Origin: an uncultured virus (IMG/VR IMGVR_UViG_3300044845_000975)
Taxonomy: Duplodnaviria > Heunggongvirae > Uroviricota > Caudoviricetes
Strand: one strand, 5' to 3'
Length of the DNA stretch: 64,000 bases
IMG/VR virus record: IMGVR_UViG_3300044845_000975
Positions 10,548 to 22,722 of the stretch are shown here, piece by piece. Both the position numbers and the translations under genes were made by a program. Position 1 is the first letter of the stretch. The number at the start of each line of letters is the position of its first letter. The notes beneath the pieces are model-generated. The model saw nothing but the letters and a program-made list of their open reading frames with translations. It made no database searches and had not been told where the DNA came from.

Positions 10548-12890
10548 TTAAATAAAGATTGATAATCCAATGATTAAATTGGCATCATTAGGTTGGCTAG
10601 ACGCTCCGCTGCCACCACTTCCAGCATTATCAGTAAAGGATGCTGAAATAGTTGAACCGTCTCTTTCGTAAAGAGTAATTGTTTTTGTAGTGTCTCCAGT
10701 AACAGCAATTCCAGTAATGGAATTATTGTGCCCGCTAACAGCGTATCCACTAATTGATTGACCATTAGACAGTGAATAATAACGATTATCCGCTGCGCCA
10801 GTGGTTAAGAAAGCTCCAGTTTCGCTGTCTCCAACGAATTGACCAGTTTGACTTGTAGTAATAAATGATCCTGTTTCACTTTTTAATGTATAATTAGTGA
10901 TACCAGAAACATCGCCAGTCGTAATTTGTCTAGCAAACCAAGCTCCGCTTCCAGAATTATAAAGCAAAGAGTCTTTATCAGAAGGGTTTAATGCATAAAC
11001 TTGATGCAATTCATCAATCTCAAAACCATTTTGTACTTTGACATACACTTTACCATTGTTATTGTTTGAGCGTAAAAGAATACCTAAATAAACTAAATGA
11101 TTATTACCATAAGGTTTATTAACAATACCATAAATAATATTACCAGTAGGACCAAGCCACATTGGATCACCAGCAACCCCAGCGCTAGTATTAAATCCTT
11201 CTAAAGTTCCTTCGGTAATAATATAACCAAATTCATTAACAGGTAAATCTTGAGCCAATAAACCAATAGTTTTTGAAGAAGTACGCTCTCCAGTGTTAGA
11301 AGCAAGTTTAATTAAAGGGTTTGAACCATTTGCTCCACCAATATAAACAGGCTGACCTTTGTAAATAGTAGTTCCTTGATCGTTTTTACCATAAAGATGA
11401 ATAGTGTCAACAGCTTCACCACTCAATAAAACAGGAATATCTAAAACAGTTGGTCTGGTTTGAAAATCTTTAAGGCCAGAAACGTCTTCGTTTCCAGTTA
11501 AAGAGACGTAAACTCCAGTCGGATTTGAACCTGAAAAATTATTTATTTGATTTTGTAAATACCCGCTAACTCCAGTAACATATACTGTTGTAGCATAAGC
11601 GCTCAAGTCAACGCCTGTAATATATCCAGAAGGATTACTCGTCGGATAGAATTGGCCAGTTTCAGTTTTTAAAACATAACCAGTGAGATAGCCAGTATCA
11701 GTTGGACCGCCACCGTCAGTAAAGTCTGTGGTTAAAGTTGAGCCGTCTCTTTGGAATAAAGTAATTGTTTTTGTACTAACTCCAGTTACAGTAATACCAG
11801 TTAAAGCATCATTAAAACCAGTAGTAGCATACCCACTAATTGACTGCCCATTATTTAAACCATAATAACGAGAATCAGCAGCACCCGTGGTTAAAAACGC
11901 TCCTGTAGAAGAAGAGGTCACAAAAGAACCAGTAGAACCAGTGCCAACAAATTGTCCAGTCTGAGATGAAACAATAAAATCGCCAGTTTCAGATGGCCTA
12001 ACAACAGAGCCAGTAACGAAATTACCAGTAGCTCCTGTAGATACAAATTGTCCAGTCTGAGAAGTTGTGACAAAAGAACCTGTAGAGCCAGTTGTTACGA
12101 AAACTCCTGTTGCTGATTGTAGGGCGTAGCGATTATCGGCTGCTCCCGTGGTTAAGAAAGCTCCCGTTTCTGTAGGACGAACAACACTTCCAGTTACAAA
12201 ATTACCAGTTTGCGCAGTTGTTACAAAGTCGCCAGTTGCAGATTGCAAGGCATAGCGGCCATCAGCCGCTCCTGTAGTTAAGAATGCGCCAGTAGAAGAT
12301 GAGGTAACGAAATCTCCTGTTTGACCAGAAGTAACAAATGAACCAGTAGATGACTGAAGAGCGTAACGATTGTCAGCAGCACCAGTAGTTAAAAATGCAC
12401 CAGTTTCACCATCTCCAACAAATTGCCCAGTCTGACTATTAGTAATAAAAGAACCAGTCTCAGAAGGTCGCACTACCGCACCAGTAACATAAGCAGATAA
12501 ATCAACACCAGTAATGAAACCATTTGGATTAGACGCTGCATAAAAAGCTCCAGTTTGAGAGTTAGTAATGAAACTTCCAGTTTCAGAAGGGCGAACAACT
12601 TGGCCAGTTACATAATTAGACAAGTCAACTCCAGTGATGAATCCAGAAGGATTACTAATTGGATAAAAATTGCCAGTTTCAGACTTAGTAACATACCCAG
12701 TTAAGTATCCAGTATTACTAACGCCAGTTGTTAAACCGCTTACATAAGCTAATGAACCAGTAGTAGCATAGTAAGCCTCAAGCGAGTCAGAAGCTCCAGG
12801 TGCGTGAGTTGGGGCATGAGCAGTTACACCAAATCCAATAGTAACAGGAATACTTGCAGGAGGGTTAATTTGAACACTAATATCACTCAT
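10548..12890 (-). CDS. repeat-rich tail fibre protein
   Basis: Repeated ETGAFLTTGAADxRY, VVRPSETGSF and SNPSGFITGVDLS blocks; fibre-like domain near the C-terminus. Confidence 0.75.
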   Translation of the reverse strand: MSDISVQINPPASIPVTIGFGVTAHAPTHAPGASDSLEAYYATTGSLAYVSGLTTGVSNTGYLTGYVTKSETGNFYPISNPSGFITGVDLSNYVTGQVVRPSETGSFITNSQTGAFYAASNPNGFITGVDLSAYVTGAVVRPSETGSFITNSQTGQFVGDGETGAFLTTGAADNRYALQSSTGSFVTSGQTGDFVTSSSTGAFLTTGAADGRYALQSATGDFVTTAQTGNFVTGSVVRPTETGAFLTTGAADNRYALQSATGVFVTTGSTGSFVTTSQTGQFVSTGATGNFVTGSVVRPSETGDFIVSSQTGQFVGTGSTGSFVTSSSTGAFLTTGAADSRYYGLNNGQSISGYATTGFNDALTGITVTGVSTKTITLFQRDGSTLTTDFTDGGGPTDTGYLTGYVLKTETGQFYPTSNPSGYITGVDLSAYATTVYVTGVSGYLQNQINNFSGSNPTGVYVSLTGNEDVSGLKDFQTRPTVLDIPVLLSGEAVDTIHLYGKNDQGTTIYKGQPVYIGGANGSNPLIKLASNTGERTSSKTIGLLAQDLPVNEFGYIITEGTLEGFNTSAGVAGDPMWLGPTGNIIYGIVNKPYGNNHLVYLGILLRSNNNNGKVYVKVQNGFEIDELHQVYALNPSDKDSLLYNSGSGAWFARQITTGDVSGITNYTLKSETGSFITTSQTGQFVGDSETGAFLTTGAADNRYYSLSNGQSISGYAVSGHNNSITGIAVTGDTTKTITLYERDGSTISASFTDNAGSGGSGASSQPNDANLIIGLSIFI

Positions 12891-13237
12891 TATTCAAAAC
12901 CTCCACCTTCTACTGTTACATCGCCTTGAAGAACTCTAACAGGACAGCCGCTACTAGGTGGATAAATGTAAACCTCATGTTCATAACTGTCTAGTGACAG
13001 AGATGATGTTTGAGTTGCTGTTAAAGCCATATTCACAATTCCTGATCCAGTGCTAGTAATTGAAGCGTTCCAATAAGGGCCAATATTGCCATCCCATTTT
13101 CTTCGAAGAAAACCGCTTACAAAATATCCTGAAAGAGTATATTCTCCTGTTGAAGTACTCAAGTCCATTGAATAAGAATAACATGCTCCCCTTTCTATTG
13201 CGTAAGAACCAGTTAAATTGTAAGTGCCTGCTGCCAT
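12890..13237 (-). CDS. tail/baseplate-associated small protein (putative)
   Basis: MAAGTYNL...RVLQGDVTV pattern; GTGTAA motif 9 nt upstream. Confidence 0.6.
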   Translation of the reverse strand: MAAGTYNLTGSYAIERGACYSYSMDLSTSTGEYTLSGYFVSGFLRRKWDGNIGPYWNASITSTGSGIVNMALTATQTSSLSLDSYEHEVYIYPPSSGCPVRVLQGDVTVEGGGFE

Positions 13238-13259
13238 ATCATTAAATTACACTTCAAAA

Positions 13260-15422
13260 TTACCAATTTCCTAAAAGAACTCTGCCCCATTGATTAATTC
13301 CTGTTGCTGCGTATAAATACTCGCCACTCACGGAAAATTGACCCTTAACACCACTACTACTAGCGTTAGCTGGGGGAGTAACATACTGAGCGAATATTCC
13401 TGTTGTTTCTTCGTAGGGAAGAATCGTTTTCCATTGCCCCGATTTGAGCAAGTAAAGATTTTGCCCAGAGTCTCCAACTTGATAAATTAAAGCTCCATCC
13501 GAACCATCAGCAATTGCTGGAGTTTGAAGTCCAGAGAAAAAGTTATTTGTTCTTTCGCTAAAAGTTAAAGTAGGAGGAATTCCCTGATCAAATGTTAACG
13601 ATGCAGCAGGTTGGAATAAATAACCAGTAACTACTTGCGTGTAAAGAACTCCCGAATCAAAATCATCTCTGGGAACAAATTTATAATAAATATTTTGATT
13701 TGTTAAAATTTCGTCCGCAAAAAGAGAGAAAGTTTGACTTTTAGCGTCAATAACAAAATCAACGGTTTTCAATAAATCAAAGCCACTTAAATCATAATAA
13801 TTTCCAGAACTAGAACCAGTATAAACATCAACACTGCGAGCAACGTATTTATCAGTTGCATCACTATCAAAATTAAGAGTAAAATCAATTTGCCCGCTAA
13901 GAGGAGTGTTTACAATTTCTATTTTACCAGAAATTTCATTGATTAAAATAGAAGCTCCGCTATCTGGTGCAGTATAAAAGAAAAGAGAATCTTGCGCAGA
14001 AGTTGCGCCACTTTGTACAAAAAATGACCCAGAATCTTGCTCAATTCCATTTAAATATACTCTGTAATTATCGTTAACATAACCAGTTAATCCAGTAGAT
14101 TCCGTGATGTAAATTTCATCATCCAGCACTGGCACTGTAGTGAAATTAACAACGGGAGGAGAATTTAAAAATTTTATTTCGTAAAGATTATTAGCTACTA
14201 ATGCATCATTTTTGTAAACATCATAAACATTGCCACTGTTTGCATAACCTGTAATTTGAAAACCTGAAACTACACCATCAGCAGTATAAGACCAAGCAGT
14301 TGCTTGAGACAAACCAGAAACATATCCAGTGACCAAAGGATTCAAATGTCCTGTAATTAAAAATCCAGTAACACCACTTGTTCCAAAAATACCGCTAAAA
14401 GTATCAAAATCAATAAATTCAGGCTGAGTTAAATCAACATTTGAAATGCCGCTAAAACCGCCACCACTAATGTCAACGTAGCCACTTAGTCCACTAATAC
14501 CCAAAACATCAGTAACGCCACTAATACCACTCCAATATTGAATTTGATAACCAGTATAATTCCAAACAGTTTGAACTGTGTTAACTATGCCTGTGATTTG
14601 AGAAGAGTAGTAATCGTTAACATTTACAGAGTCTAAGCGAGCAGGAATATGGTAAACTGTTGTTAAAACAGAGTTTTCTAAGCCCTCATTCGATACATTA
14701 AACAATAAATCATAATATCTTTCGCCAGTTGGAGAAACAAAAAGTTCTGCGTTTCTTTGCTGAGTTAAAATAAATGATAAATTTCTTTGATTAGTCGCAA
14801 AATTAGGACTAATTAAATAAGGATCAACATTTCCAACACTAGCTCCAGTGGAATACAGAGAAACTCGATAAGAGAAATCAATATCTTCTTGAGCTACCTG
14901 TAGTTCGTTAGATATTTCGTTATCGTAAATATCAGAGTATGTAAAATTAAAAGTTGAATCTTTAAATTTAGAATAAAAAAATGCAGTACCAGTCCCTTGA
15001 GAATTTTCAGGGGGATTAAAGCCACCCGCGATTGGTGATACGGGAGGCGGTGGAGGCGGTGGTGGAGGAGCGGGTACAGGCGGCGTAGGCGGTGGCGTTG
15101 GCGACGGAGTAGGCGTCGGCGTTGGGGTAGGCGTCGGCGTCGGCGTCGGCGTTGGGGTAGGCGTCGGCGTCGGGGTCGGCGTCGGCGTTGGAGTCGGCGT
15201 CGGCGTTGGAGTCGGCGTCGGCGTCGGAGTTGGGGTAGGCGTCGGCGTTGGGGTAGGCGTCGGCGTTGGGGTCGGCGTCGGCGTCGGAGTTGGCGTCGGA
15301 GTTGGCGTCGGCGTCGGAGTTGGCGTCGGCGTCGGAGTTGGCGTCGGCGTCGGAGTTGGCGTAGGCGTCGGCGTTGGCGTCGGCGTCGGCGTTGGGGTAG
15401 GCGTTGGAGTCGGAGTTGGCAT
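13260..15422 (-). CDS. tail-associated protein with N-terminal (Pro-Thr)52 and poly-Pro tract
   Basis: ATG at 15422 just after the J stop; PT repeat 15108-15419; Ser/Gly-rich body; C-terminal [11 protein letters not shown]...NQWGR fibre-type motif. Confidence 0.75.
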   Translation of the reverse strand: MPTPTPTPTPTPTPTPTPTPTPTPTPTPTPTPTPTPTPTPTPTPTPTPTPTPTPTPTPTPTPTPTPTPTPTPTPTPTPTPTPTPTPTPTPTPTPTPTPTPTPTPTPSPTPPPTPPVPAPPPPPPPPPVSPIAGGFNPPENSQGTGTAFFYSKFKDSTFNFTYSDIYDNEISNELQVAQEDIDFSYRVSLYSTGASVGNVDPYLISPNFATNQRNLSFILTQQRNAELFVSPTGERYYDLLFNVSNEGLENSVLTTVYHIPARLDSVNVNDYYSSQITGIVNTVQTVWNYTGYQIQYWSGISGVTDVLGISGLSGYVDISGGGFSGISNVDLTQPEFIDFDTFSGIFGTSGVTGFLITGHLNPLVTGYVSGLSQATAWSYTADGVVSGFQITGYANSGNVYDVYKNDALVANNLYEIKFLNSPPVVNFTTVPVLDDEIYITESTGLTGYVNDNYRVYLNGIEQDSGSFFVQSGATSAQDSLFFYTAPDSGASILINEISGKIEIVNTPLSGQIDFTLNFDSDATDKYVARSVDVYTGSSSGNYYDLSGFDLLKTVDFVIDAKSQTFSLFADEILTNQNIYYKFVPRDDFDSGVLYTQVVTGYLFQPAASLTFDQGIPPTLTFSERTNNFFSGLQTPAIADGSDGALIYQVGDSGQNLYLLKSGQWKTILPYEETTGIFAQYVTPPANASSSGVKGQFSVSGEYLYAATGINQWGRVLLGNW
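15108..15419 (-). repeat. coding hexamer repeat, (Pro-Thr)52
   Basis: 312 nt of CCN-ACN with synonymous variation. Confidence 0.95.
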
Positions 15423-15429
15423 AATACTA

Positions 15430-18400
15430 TTAATTATTAATTCCAAACCCCTTAATAATTCCATTACTTCTTACAGGGGCAGTGTAAGAAATAACTTTTA
15501 AACCACTAACTGCTGTTGGAGAAATAGGATTCGGATATGAACCAGTATTGCGAGCAGTAACCTTCAAAGAGAATCTGCCCACTTCAGACTGATCTTCGAA
15601 TACTATTGAAGTTCCAGTGACGCGGTTTTTAATACTGCGATATTTTGGAGTCACTAATTCCACATCATAAGCATTTGCGTTATTAACAGCAGACCAACTA
15701 CCAGAAATATCAGCAGTATCATTTTGAGCATCAAAAGCTCCAGTAATAAATGTTTGAATCTGTGGATACGATAATTGATACAAGGCTTGATTGTTTACGG
15801 TTTCTGAATTACCTTCGGAAACTTCAGTTCTTCTGTCAGATGGGAAGGCTGCAAAGAAATCATTAAGTAATCCAGTTTCTCCCTTTTCAATTTCTGCGAA
15901 TTTGCCAGTATCGAATTTTGAAGCAATGATTTCATATTCGTTCAAGTTTAATTCGCGAATAGATTGAATTTTGTAAATCTCTTGTTTGGTATTAGCTAGA
16001 GTAATAGAGCATGGCGCTCCTGGTTGAATTTCTTGTAACAAAGGCAACCCGCTAGAGACTGGATCAATATAAAAAACCGAACCATAATCCACTGGATTAA
16101 CTGAATCAACTACACCACTACCAGAAGCTTGAAAAACAACAGACATTGGAATATCTGTTTGGTAAAGCTCTGAAATATTTAATTTCGAAGGACTCTTTGC
16201 TAAATTATAAAAATCATTTACTTGATTCTTGCCAGTTGGAATTAAAACAGAAATTTCATTCAACAATCCAGTTGTAGAAAAGTCGCTTGACTTAAGAGAG
16301 ATGTTTGTATAAATAGAATTATTCGCAAAATCAGTTGACAAAACTCGACCAACATGTTTTTTTAATGAAAACACTTCGTCATTAATGGAAATCAAATCTC
16401 CAGGTCTGCAAAGCAGAGTTTCCAAACCTCCAACGAAAGAAACATTTTGGTCTTCATTAATAGTTGAATAAATAATATGCTGACCAATTCTTTGAGCATG
16501 AGCGCGACTAGTAACGCCAAAAGTTGAAGCCGCAGTTCTCAAAATACCTCTATTTTTAATATCGTCAGGGTCTTCAATGTATTCTATTTTCTCTTTAAAC
16601 AAATCTTCTCGGTCCAAATAAGAAACTTCAGCCACGTTATATTGCAAGTCTCTGCGATCATTGCTGTATGTAAACATGCCTTCTTTCACGTTGGCATTGT
16701 TAAAAAATGCCATGATTGGTTTCAAACGGTCATTTGTGAAATTAATCTCTGAGTTTGAATAATACATGTTTCCTCTGAAAGAAGAAACAATTGATTTTAA
16801 AAGATCAAACACATTAGTTTTATCCGCAATTACACCATTAAAAGAATATCGAGGTTCAAGACCGCCATCAAAAGATGGAACACCTTCAAACACTCCATTT
16901 TCATCCACAGCATCACAATATCTGGCAATTTTATAAAGCTCCCAAAAGTTAACTTGCTCAGGAGAAACAAAGTTTCCTAATCCATATCTTCTATTAATTA
17001 GCAAATCAAAAATAATCCAAGCTGGGTTATCTGTCCAAGCAAATTTAAAAGTTCCATCCCAATTTCCAACATACACAGTTTCCCTTGGGGATTGCAAGTT
17101 TTTGGTAGATATGAATCTCTTATCTACTCCATTAGCTTTTAATGGAAAATAATTAGAAGGCACGAAAACCTTTTTAAATCTAGCATCATAACTTCTTGGG
17201 GGAATTTCACTCAAACTGCGAGCATCTAATTTTAATCCGCAAACAGTAGAGTAAGGATAAGAGAAGGGAAGATTAATAATTTCACTAATCTTATCCAAGG
17301 AGATTTCTCTACGAATAAGAGAGGAGTAAGATTCGTATGTTGTTCTGTAAACGCGAACAAAACGGTTTCTACCAACCTCTGATGGAGGTAATTGAATTGG
17401 AGTAGCAATATTTTCAGTGCCCAAAATAAATCGGCTGTATTGCCGAATTGAACTCGCATTTTCTTCTCGACCAATATCAATAGTAACAGGTGATTCCACC
17501 AAGCCTTTTACTTGGTAATTTCTTGAAGTGGTAACAGTTTCCGTGCCATCCATATCTTGATAACCAGCTTCAATTTGAAAACGAATAATTGAAGGTATTG
17601 GAGTTCCAGCATCTACTTTATCTTCTTTAGTTGTTTTGCGTTTATATTTACTTAAATATAATTCTCTATGAGCAGTATCTCTCAATACTCTTACAGACAA
17701 AGATGCAAAAACCTGATCAACATTAGGATTTAAAATTAAATGCGTTACAGGAACGGCTGGGTCAGCAGAGTATTTAACATATTGGCTATTCCAATTACTA
17801 TAACTATAAGTTCCTTGACCAGTACCTCTATTATCTTCACTGCCTTCTGGACGATAAGCAAATTCAAGAGAGGCTCTTAATAAAGAGGCCCAAATATATC
17901 TATCAGTATAACCACCGCTTACTTTTTCGGGGTTTACCACATAGTCAAATGAATTATAGAATAATGAGTTTTTAAAATTTAAATCATTAATTTTAGATAA
18001 ACTATCAATAAAAACTGTATCACTAGCTAAAAGAGAAGCTTGAGACACGATTGGACCAGACGGACTATTTGTAAAATTATCTACATACTTATTTGAACCA
18101 TTCTCATAAGTAACTACTCCTTTAAAGCATTTAGAAGCTTTATCTAAAGTAATAATAAATTTAACATACCACTCACCTTTCCACATAGTCTTGCCTAAAT
18201 ACGCTTTAAAAGTGAATGTCAAAATATTAAATAATTGTTCATAATCATCATCAGCGTCTTCTTGAAAACTCTTGTTCCAAGTATCATAGTTGGGAGATGT
18301 GTTATCAATTGATTCTTCAATAGATACTAAATTATACTTACTGCGACCTACTAAAATTTGGTTAACTAATTTATTTAATTTAGTGTCATTACCAAATAAA

Positions 18401-19638
18401 CCCGAATGAATTCTTTTATATTCATCATATTCACTAGAAGAAACATATTCTTTTAATAAACCAGAAATAACACCAGAAATTGAAGAAGGACTATTGGGAT
18501 TATAACTAGAAATAACGCTTTTCTTTGTTGAGCTTAAGAGAGTCTGTGTGCTCCTACCTTTAGCAAAAGGGCCAATTAACTGAGTGTTGTAAGATGAATC
18601 AAGATAAGTTTTATTAAATAAACTCAGGGGTTTTTGTAATTCGTCGCCATTTCTGATTTCAAAAGTAGCATTTGCAATATTAAACTTCGCGAAAGGTTTA
18701 ATAATGTTTAAATATTTAATATTATTAATAATGGCATCAACACCATTCTGAACAATTACATTATCCTGCTTATAAAAAAATAAATAAAACTCTCCTTTGA
18801 TAAAGGACTGATCTGAAGACTCGCTGCTCTGAAAATATGTTAAATTGATTTTTTTAGGAGCCAGCATTAATCTTTTTCTTTGGATTTCTGAAGCCTCCAA
18901 AGGCAAATAAATTTGATGATAAATATCACTATCTAATTCCAACAAATCGTCAAGAGAATAAACATAATCAGAATCAACCAAGAGATTCAAAGAAATTTTT
19001 AAAGCAACAAAAGGATACTCCTCCTGCGTTAATTCTGGTAGAATCGGCAATAAATAATTCTGAACTTCAGCTTGAGAGTTGTAGTTAAATTTTGCCTGCA
19101 ATAATCTTAATTGTTTAAAGAATGGCGATTGACTTTCATCGGAAATATTAGCATAAGCTGACTTAATATTAGAAATTGATTGATAAATCGAAGACGCAAT
19201 ATTTGTTCTGCCGTCAATCACAGAAAAAGAAATATCATTTTGAGAACCTGTTAAATCTTTCAATTCGTTTGAAAATACTGTTAAGAACTCTCCATTTGAA
19301 TAAAATTTGCCAGAGAAAGCTTGACCAATAAATGATAAATCAATTTTTTGAACAATGTCAGAGCTTGAAGCGTCAATAGGCTGTCTAATAGGCACATCGT
19401 TGATATAGATACCCTCAAACAAACGAATATCATCTAAATACTCTCCATTAGGGTTAACCAATCCATCAATCGGGCCGTCAGAAACTAAATCAATACTTTC
19501 AGTGTATTCGTAAGCTGAAATAGCTTGCAAGTCCCCTAATTTTGGGGGTTTCAAATATGGTGGCGGTGGCGGTTTTGGCGGTTTAGGTCCACCTGCCCCA
19601 CCCAAAACACTTAAATTTTTATATACAAAATGATTCAT
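15430..19638 (-). CDS. host specificity / central tail tip protein J (lambda gpJ-like)
   Basis: [32 protein letters not shown]...[24 protein letters not shown]-terminal FN3-like segment. Confidence 0.9.
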   Translation of the reverse strand: MNHFVYKNLSVLGGAGGPKPPKPPPPPYLKPPKLGDLQAISAYEYTESIDLVSDGPIDGLVNPNGEYLDDIRLFEGIYINDVPIRQPIDASSSDIVQKIDLSFIGQAFSGKFYSNGEFLTVFSNELKDLTGSQNDISFSVIDGRTNIASSIYQSISNIKSAYANISDESQSPFFKQLRLLQAKFNYNSQAEVQNYLLPILPELTQEEYPFVALKISLNLLVDSDYVYSLDDLLELDSDIYHQIYLPLEASEIQRKRLMLAPKKINLTYFQSSESSDQSFIKGEFYLFFYKQDNVIVQNGVDAIINNIKYLNIIKPFAKFNIANATFEIRNGDELQKPLSLFNKTYLDSSYNTQLIGPFAKGRSTQTLLSSTKKSVISSYNPNSPSSISGVISGLLKEYVSSSEYDEYKRIHSGLFGNDTKLNKLVNQILVGRSKYNLVSIEESIDNTSPNYDTWNKSFQEDADDDYEQLFNILTFTFKAYLGKTMWKGEWYVKFIITLDKASKCFKGVVTYENGSNKYVDNFTNSPSGPIVSQASLLASDTVFIDSLSKINDLNFKNSLFYNSFDYVVNPEKVSGGYTDRYIWASLLRASLEFAYRPEGSEDNRGTGQGTYSYSNWNSQYVKYSADPAVPVTHLILNPNVDQVFASLSVRVLRDTAHRELYLSKYKRKTTKEDKVDAGTPIPSIIRFQIEAGYQDMDGTETVTTSRNYQVKGLVESPVTIDIGREENASSIRQYSRFILGTENIATPIQLPPSEVGRNRFVRVYRTTYESYSSLIRREISLDKISEIINLPFSYPYSTVCGLKLDARSLSEIPPRSYDARFKKVFVPSNYFPLKANGVDKRFISTKNLQSPRETVYVGNWDGTFKFAWTDNPAWIIFDLLINRRYGLGNFVSPEQVNFWELYKIARYCDAVDENGVFEGVPSFDGGLEPRYSFNGVIADKTNVFDLLKSIVSSFRGNMYYSNSEINFTNDRLKPIMAFFNNANVKEGMFTYSNDRRDLQYNVAEVSYLDREDLFKEKIEYIEDPDDIKNRGILRTAASTFGVTSRAHAQRIGQHIIYSTINEDQNVSFVGGLETLLCRPGDLISINDEVFSLKKHVGRVLSTDFANNSIYTNISLKSSDFSTTGLLNEISVLIPTGKNQVNDFYNLAKSPSKLNISELYQTDIPMSVVFQASGSGVVDSVNPVDYGSVFYIDPVSSGLPLLQEIQPGAPCSITLANTKQEIYKIQSIRELNLNEYEIIASKFDTGKFAEIEKGETGLLNDFFAAFPSDRRTEVSEGNSETVNNQALYQLSYPQIQTFITGAFDAQNDTADISGSWSAVNNANAYDVELVTPKYRSIKNRVTGTSIVFEDQSEVGRFSLKVTARNTGSYPNPISPTAVSGLKVISYTAPVRSNGIIKGFGINN

Positions 19639-19639
19639 A

Positions 19640-20296
19640 TTATTTGCGAGATGGGTCTAAAGTGAAATTTTGGGTTACGCTAGTTAATTCAGAATTAGAA
19701 CCATCAATAACAGCAGTTTGATTGTTTGATTTTTTAGAAGTTGTATTAACAAACTCATCAGTAAGAGTGAGCGAAAGAGGAAAGGTTTTAATGGAACTCT
19801 GAATAACAAAAGAACCCACTTTAATTCTGCCATATACTAATGGCACTGGATTGCCTTGTTCAATAATATTCTCCCTATTAGAGAATGCTAGAGATCGGTT
19901 TAATGCGGTAGAAGTTCCTGTTGAGCCAGGAACTTCAGGAAATTCCATTTTACCAGCTTGAACAAAAGAATAAACAGCAGAACCAACCGCAAGGACAAAA
20001 CTCGCAACCATTAACCATGTAATTGATGTGCCAGCTATAGGCCCACTTCCCAAAATCATAGGGACAAAATCTAATTTTTGAATCTTCTCGTCGCAGAATT
20101 TTCCATTTTTAAGCCACTTACCATTTGTAACACAGGTATAATGTATATTTTTTAAAGCCAAATCTTTTAAATCTCTGCGAAATTCAGAATAATTAGCCTC
20201 CAAAGCATTCAATATATCTTTAGGAGATTTGGCGGCAAATTTATGAATTTTGCCGTACTTATTGCCTAGAATACCATGTAAATGAACTTGAATCAT
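19640..20296 (-). CDS. tail assembly protein I (lambda gpI-like)
   Basis: VHLHGILG..YG N-terminus and QGNPVPLVYGRIKVGS. Confidence 0.85.
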   Translation of the reverse strand: MIQVHLHGILGNKYGKIHKFAAKSPKDILNALEANYSEFRRDLKDLALKNIHYTCVTNGKWLKNGKFCDEKIQKLDFVPMILGSGPIAGTSITWLMVASFVLAVGSAVYSFVQAGKMEFPEVPGSTGTSTALNRSLAFSNRENIIEQGNPVPLVYGRIKVGSFVIQSSIKTFPLSLTLTDEFVNTTSKKSNNQTAVIDGSNSELTSVTQNFTLDPSRK

Positions 20297-20697
20297 ATTA
20301 AACCTTTTACCTTGTTCAGTATATTTACATTTGATTCATTAATTTTTGGCTCGTAAAGTGAAAATTTATCAGAAGGCAAAGAGTAAACAAGAAATGGCAA
20401 ACAAGTGGCTTCTGAATTATTTTCGTCTTGTTCTGAAAATTTTTCATCCGAACTGGGGTGAGAATGAAACAAACAAATCATTTCATTTTCACTTTGAAAC
20501 CTCAAGTATTCCACAGGATCAATGCAGAAAAATAAATTTGGCTCAGGAGAGCGATTAGGTACAAATTCTGCAATGTAGTTATTTTTATTTTTTCCTACAA
20601 AAGCGCAGCATTCAATATTAAAATATTTACTAGAGTGCTCTTTTAAAAAATTAAGAATATTTTGAAGACTTTTATCTTTGACGGAAGGATTGTCCAT
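20293..20697 (-). CDS. tail assembly protein K, JAB/Mov34 domain only
   Basis: ECCAF and FHSHP.....S..D; position between L and I; no NlpC/P60 half. Confidence 0.85.
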   Translation of the reverse strand: MDNPSVKDKSLQNILNFLKEHSSKYFNIECCAFVGKNKNNYIAEFVPNRSPEPNLFFCIDPVEYLRFQSENEMICLFHSHPSSDEKFSEQDENNSEATCLPFLVYSLPSDKFSLYEPKINESNVNILNKVKGLI

Positions 20698-21694
20698 ATT
20701 GATATTTATCTGTAGCTGGGAAACCTCCAAAGGGCAAGTATGAACCAGATGAGGATGCAGTTAAAGCTGATGGCACAGTATTGTTCACAGTGTAAGAACC
20801 AGAGGAAACGCCATCGCTATTAAGGCCATTATAAGTGATTGTTTGAGATGAAAATCTTTTACGACAAGCTCCAATTGTTTTTGAGCAACCATCTTTTTGC
20901 CAAGGCGCGTCGTCTAATCCTGGGAAAGTATTTTCACTAGCAATATGCGCTCTGTTGCAAATATACCACGTTCTGAACGGGTCTTTGTCAGTGGTTGCGT
21001 AAATAATTTCTCCCACATTGTAGCTTTTGCCGTAAATCCATTCATTATCTGTGGTTTGAAAATTAAAGTCTCCACTAGGAATATAAGTAAAACTAGAATC
21101 GTCTTCTTGACAAACTGGACGACCAAAATAATTGCATCCCAAACCCCTGTATTGCCAGTAGCAATAGCGACCCAATACTAATCGGGCTGGCACAGAAAAG
21201 TTTTCCAAATCAAACGGAGCAGTTAATTCAAACTCTACAAGGCTTTTGTTTTCCTGTAGTTTTTGAGAAATAATATAAGAGTCTTTGGAAATTTCAGCCG
21301 TTGGGTCAGAAACCCCAAATGGATTAATGCCGCCATCAAAATTAACATCATCAATGTATTTTAAGAAGATTTTAATTCTTTCAATTTTAGCATTCTTGAA
21401 ATCATTTTTTCGACGAAGAACTTGACTAATAGTGTAATTCTGATTTGAAATCCTAATCTTAGGTCGAGAAATACGATTAAAAATATTTGATTCGAAATCT
21501 TCCACCTCTACAGCCATCGGTATATAACCAACACTATTTAAAACAATTGATGTTTCAATGCCATTAGAGCAAGGATGAAAAGGAAAGTAAGAATCTGGCT
21601 CATTAACCGTATCGTAGTACAATCGGTAAAATTCTAAAATTGCCGTTGGCTCAAGATCAATCAAGTCTTTTGAAATTTTATCGTTAATCGGCAT
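20672..21694 (-). CDS. minor tail protein L (lambda gpL-like)
   Basis: RPKIRISN, KYIDDVNF, VEFEL..PFD, CYWQYRG.GC, CSKTIGAC and LPFGGFP. Confidence 0.9.
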   Translation of the reverse strand: MPINDKISKDLIDLEPTAILEFYRLYYDTVNEPDSYFPFHPCSNGIETSIVLNSVGYIPMAVEVEDFESNIFNRISRPKIRISNQNYTISQVLRRKNDFKNAKIERIKIFLKYIDDVNFDGGINPFGVSDPTAEISKDSYIISQKLQENKSLVEFELTAPFDLENFSVPARLVLGRYCYWQYRGLGCNYFGRPVCQEDDSSFTYIPSGDFNFQTTDNEWIYGKSYNVGEIIYATTDKDPFRTWYICNRAHIASENTFPGLDDAPWQKDGCSKTIGACRKRFSSQTITYNGLNSDGVSSGSYTVNNTVPSALTASSSGSYLPFGGFPATDKYQYGQSFRQR

Positions 21695-22217
21695 GGCTAT
21701 AAATAATAAAGAATGTAACTATAAATTACACGAATTTTTAGGAGAAGAGTGTGTTAAAGAAGAATTGTACACCTTATACAAGACGTTTTTTGATAAATCG
21801 ACACCTTTATCTTTCAAGACCAAGACTCTCTCCAATCTTAATGAAAAAATAGAAAGCTATTTTGGCTACTTGACTGAAAACACAAAAATAATTTATGCGC
21901 GTAAAAAGTCTAAAATAATTGGTTTTATAGCTTTTGACTTGGAAAGGAAAACGCAATCTTACTCAGTGCAAACAGCACACTTGGCAAAATTAAATGCTTG
22001 CGAATTTGTTTTTGCCGCTACTGATTGCGACAATCTCTTTGAATTAAAAAGAGCGGCTCATGATATTTTTCAGTTGCTAAAAGAAAAATACAGATTACTA
22101 TACATAGTGGGCAACGTAAATCGCGAACGAAAAAAAGACAAATATATTAACACAATAGTAAGAATTTTTAATTTTCAAGTTTTTGATAAAAACGTCGCGC
22201 TTTATGAAATACCGTAA
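21693..22217 (+). CDS. hypothetical protein, weak GNAT-like appearance; start uncertain
   Basis: KIIGFIAF strand; first gene of the divergent cluster; listed ATG overlaps the gpL ATG. Confidence 0.5.
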   Translation: MAINNKECNYKLHEFLGEECVKEELYTLYKTFFDKSTPLSFKTKTLSNLNEKIESYFGYLTENTKIIYARKKSKIIGFIAFDLERKTQSYSVQTAHLAKLNACEFVFAATDCDNLFELKRAAHDIFQLLKEKYRLLYIVGNVNRERKKDKYINTIVRIFNFQVFDKNVALYEIP

Positions 22218-22722
22218 TAAATTTGATTTTTCTGGTCAATGTTCTGAAAATGGCTACAATGCAGAAAATCTTTTTATTTCGATTGCTGAAAAACAAGGCT
22301 GGAAAGCTATCAAAGCAGATCGAAAGCAGCAATTGGTTCATATAGATGTTTTCTTAACCAAAGACAATTATGAAACACGGTCTTTGGATATTAAAGCAAG
22401 GAAAAAAATTAAAAGAACCGACGCCGAAACAAACGATGAGTTAATTTGGGTTGAATTTTTAAATGTTGCTGGTAATGGCGGCTGGCTCGTTGGAGCAGCA
22501 GAATACATTGCTTTTGAACGCGAAAACGATTTCATTATAGTGAATAGAAGAGCTTTATGGAAACTTTGCATGGAAAAAGTAGATCAAAACTCTAGAGTCA
22601 CCTCTTCTAAAGATGCTCTATATAAAATATATCAGAGGCAAGGTCGCAAAGATGAGATTTCAATTATTAAATTTTCAGATATTTTTGATAATTTAAAATT
22701 TAAAGTTTGGCCAAAATGCTAG
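22204..22722 (+). CDS. PD-(D/E)XK-like nuclease family protein
   Basis: E...HID...DIK pattern followed by IWVEF.N..G..GW. Confidence 0.55.
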   Translation: MKYRNKFDFSGQCSENGYNAENLFISIAEKQGWKAIKADRKQQLVHIDVFLTKDNYETRSLDIKARKKIKRTDAETNDELIWVEFLNVAGNGGWLVGAAEYIAFERENDFIIVNRRALWKLCMEKVDQNSRVTSSKDALYKIYQRQGRKDEISIIKFSDIFDNLKFKVWPKC

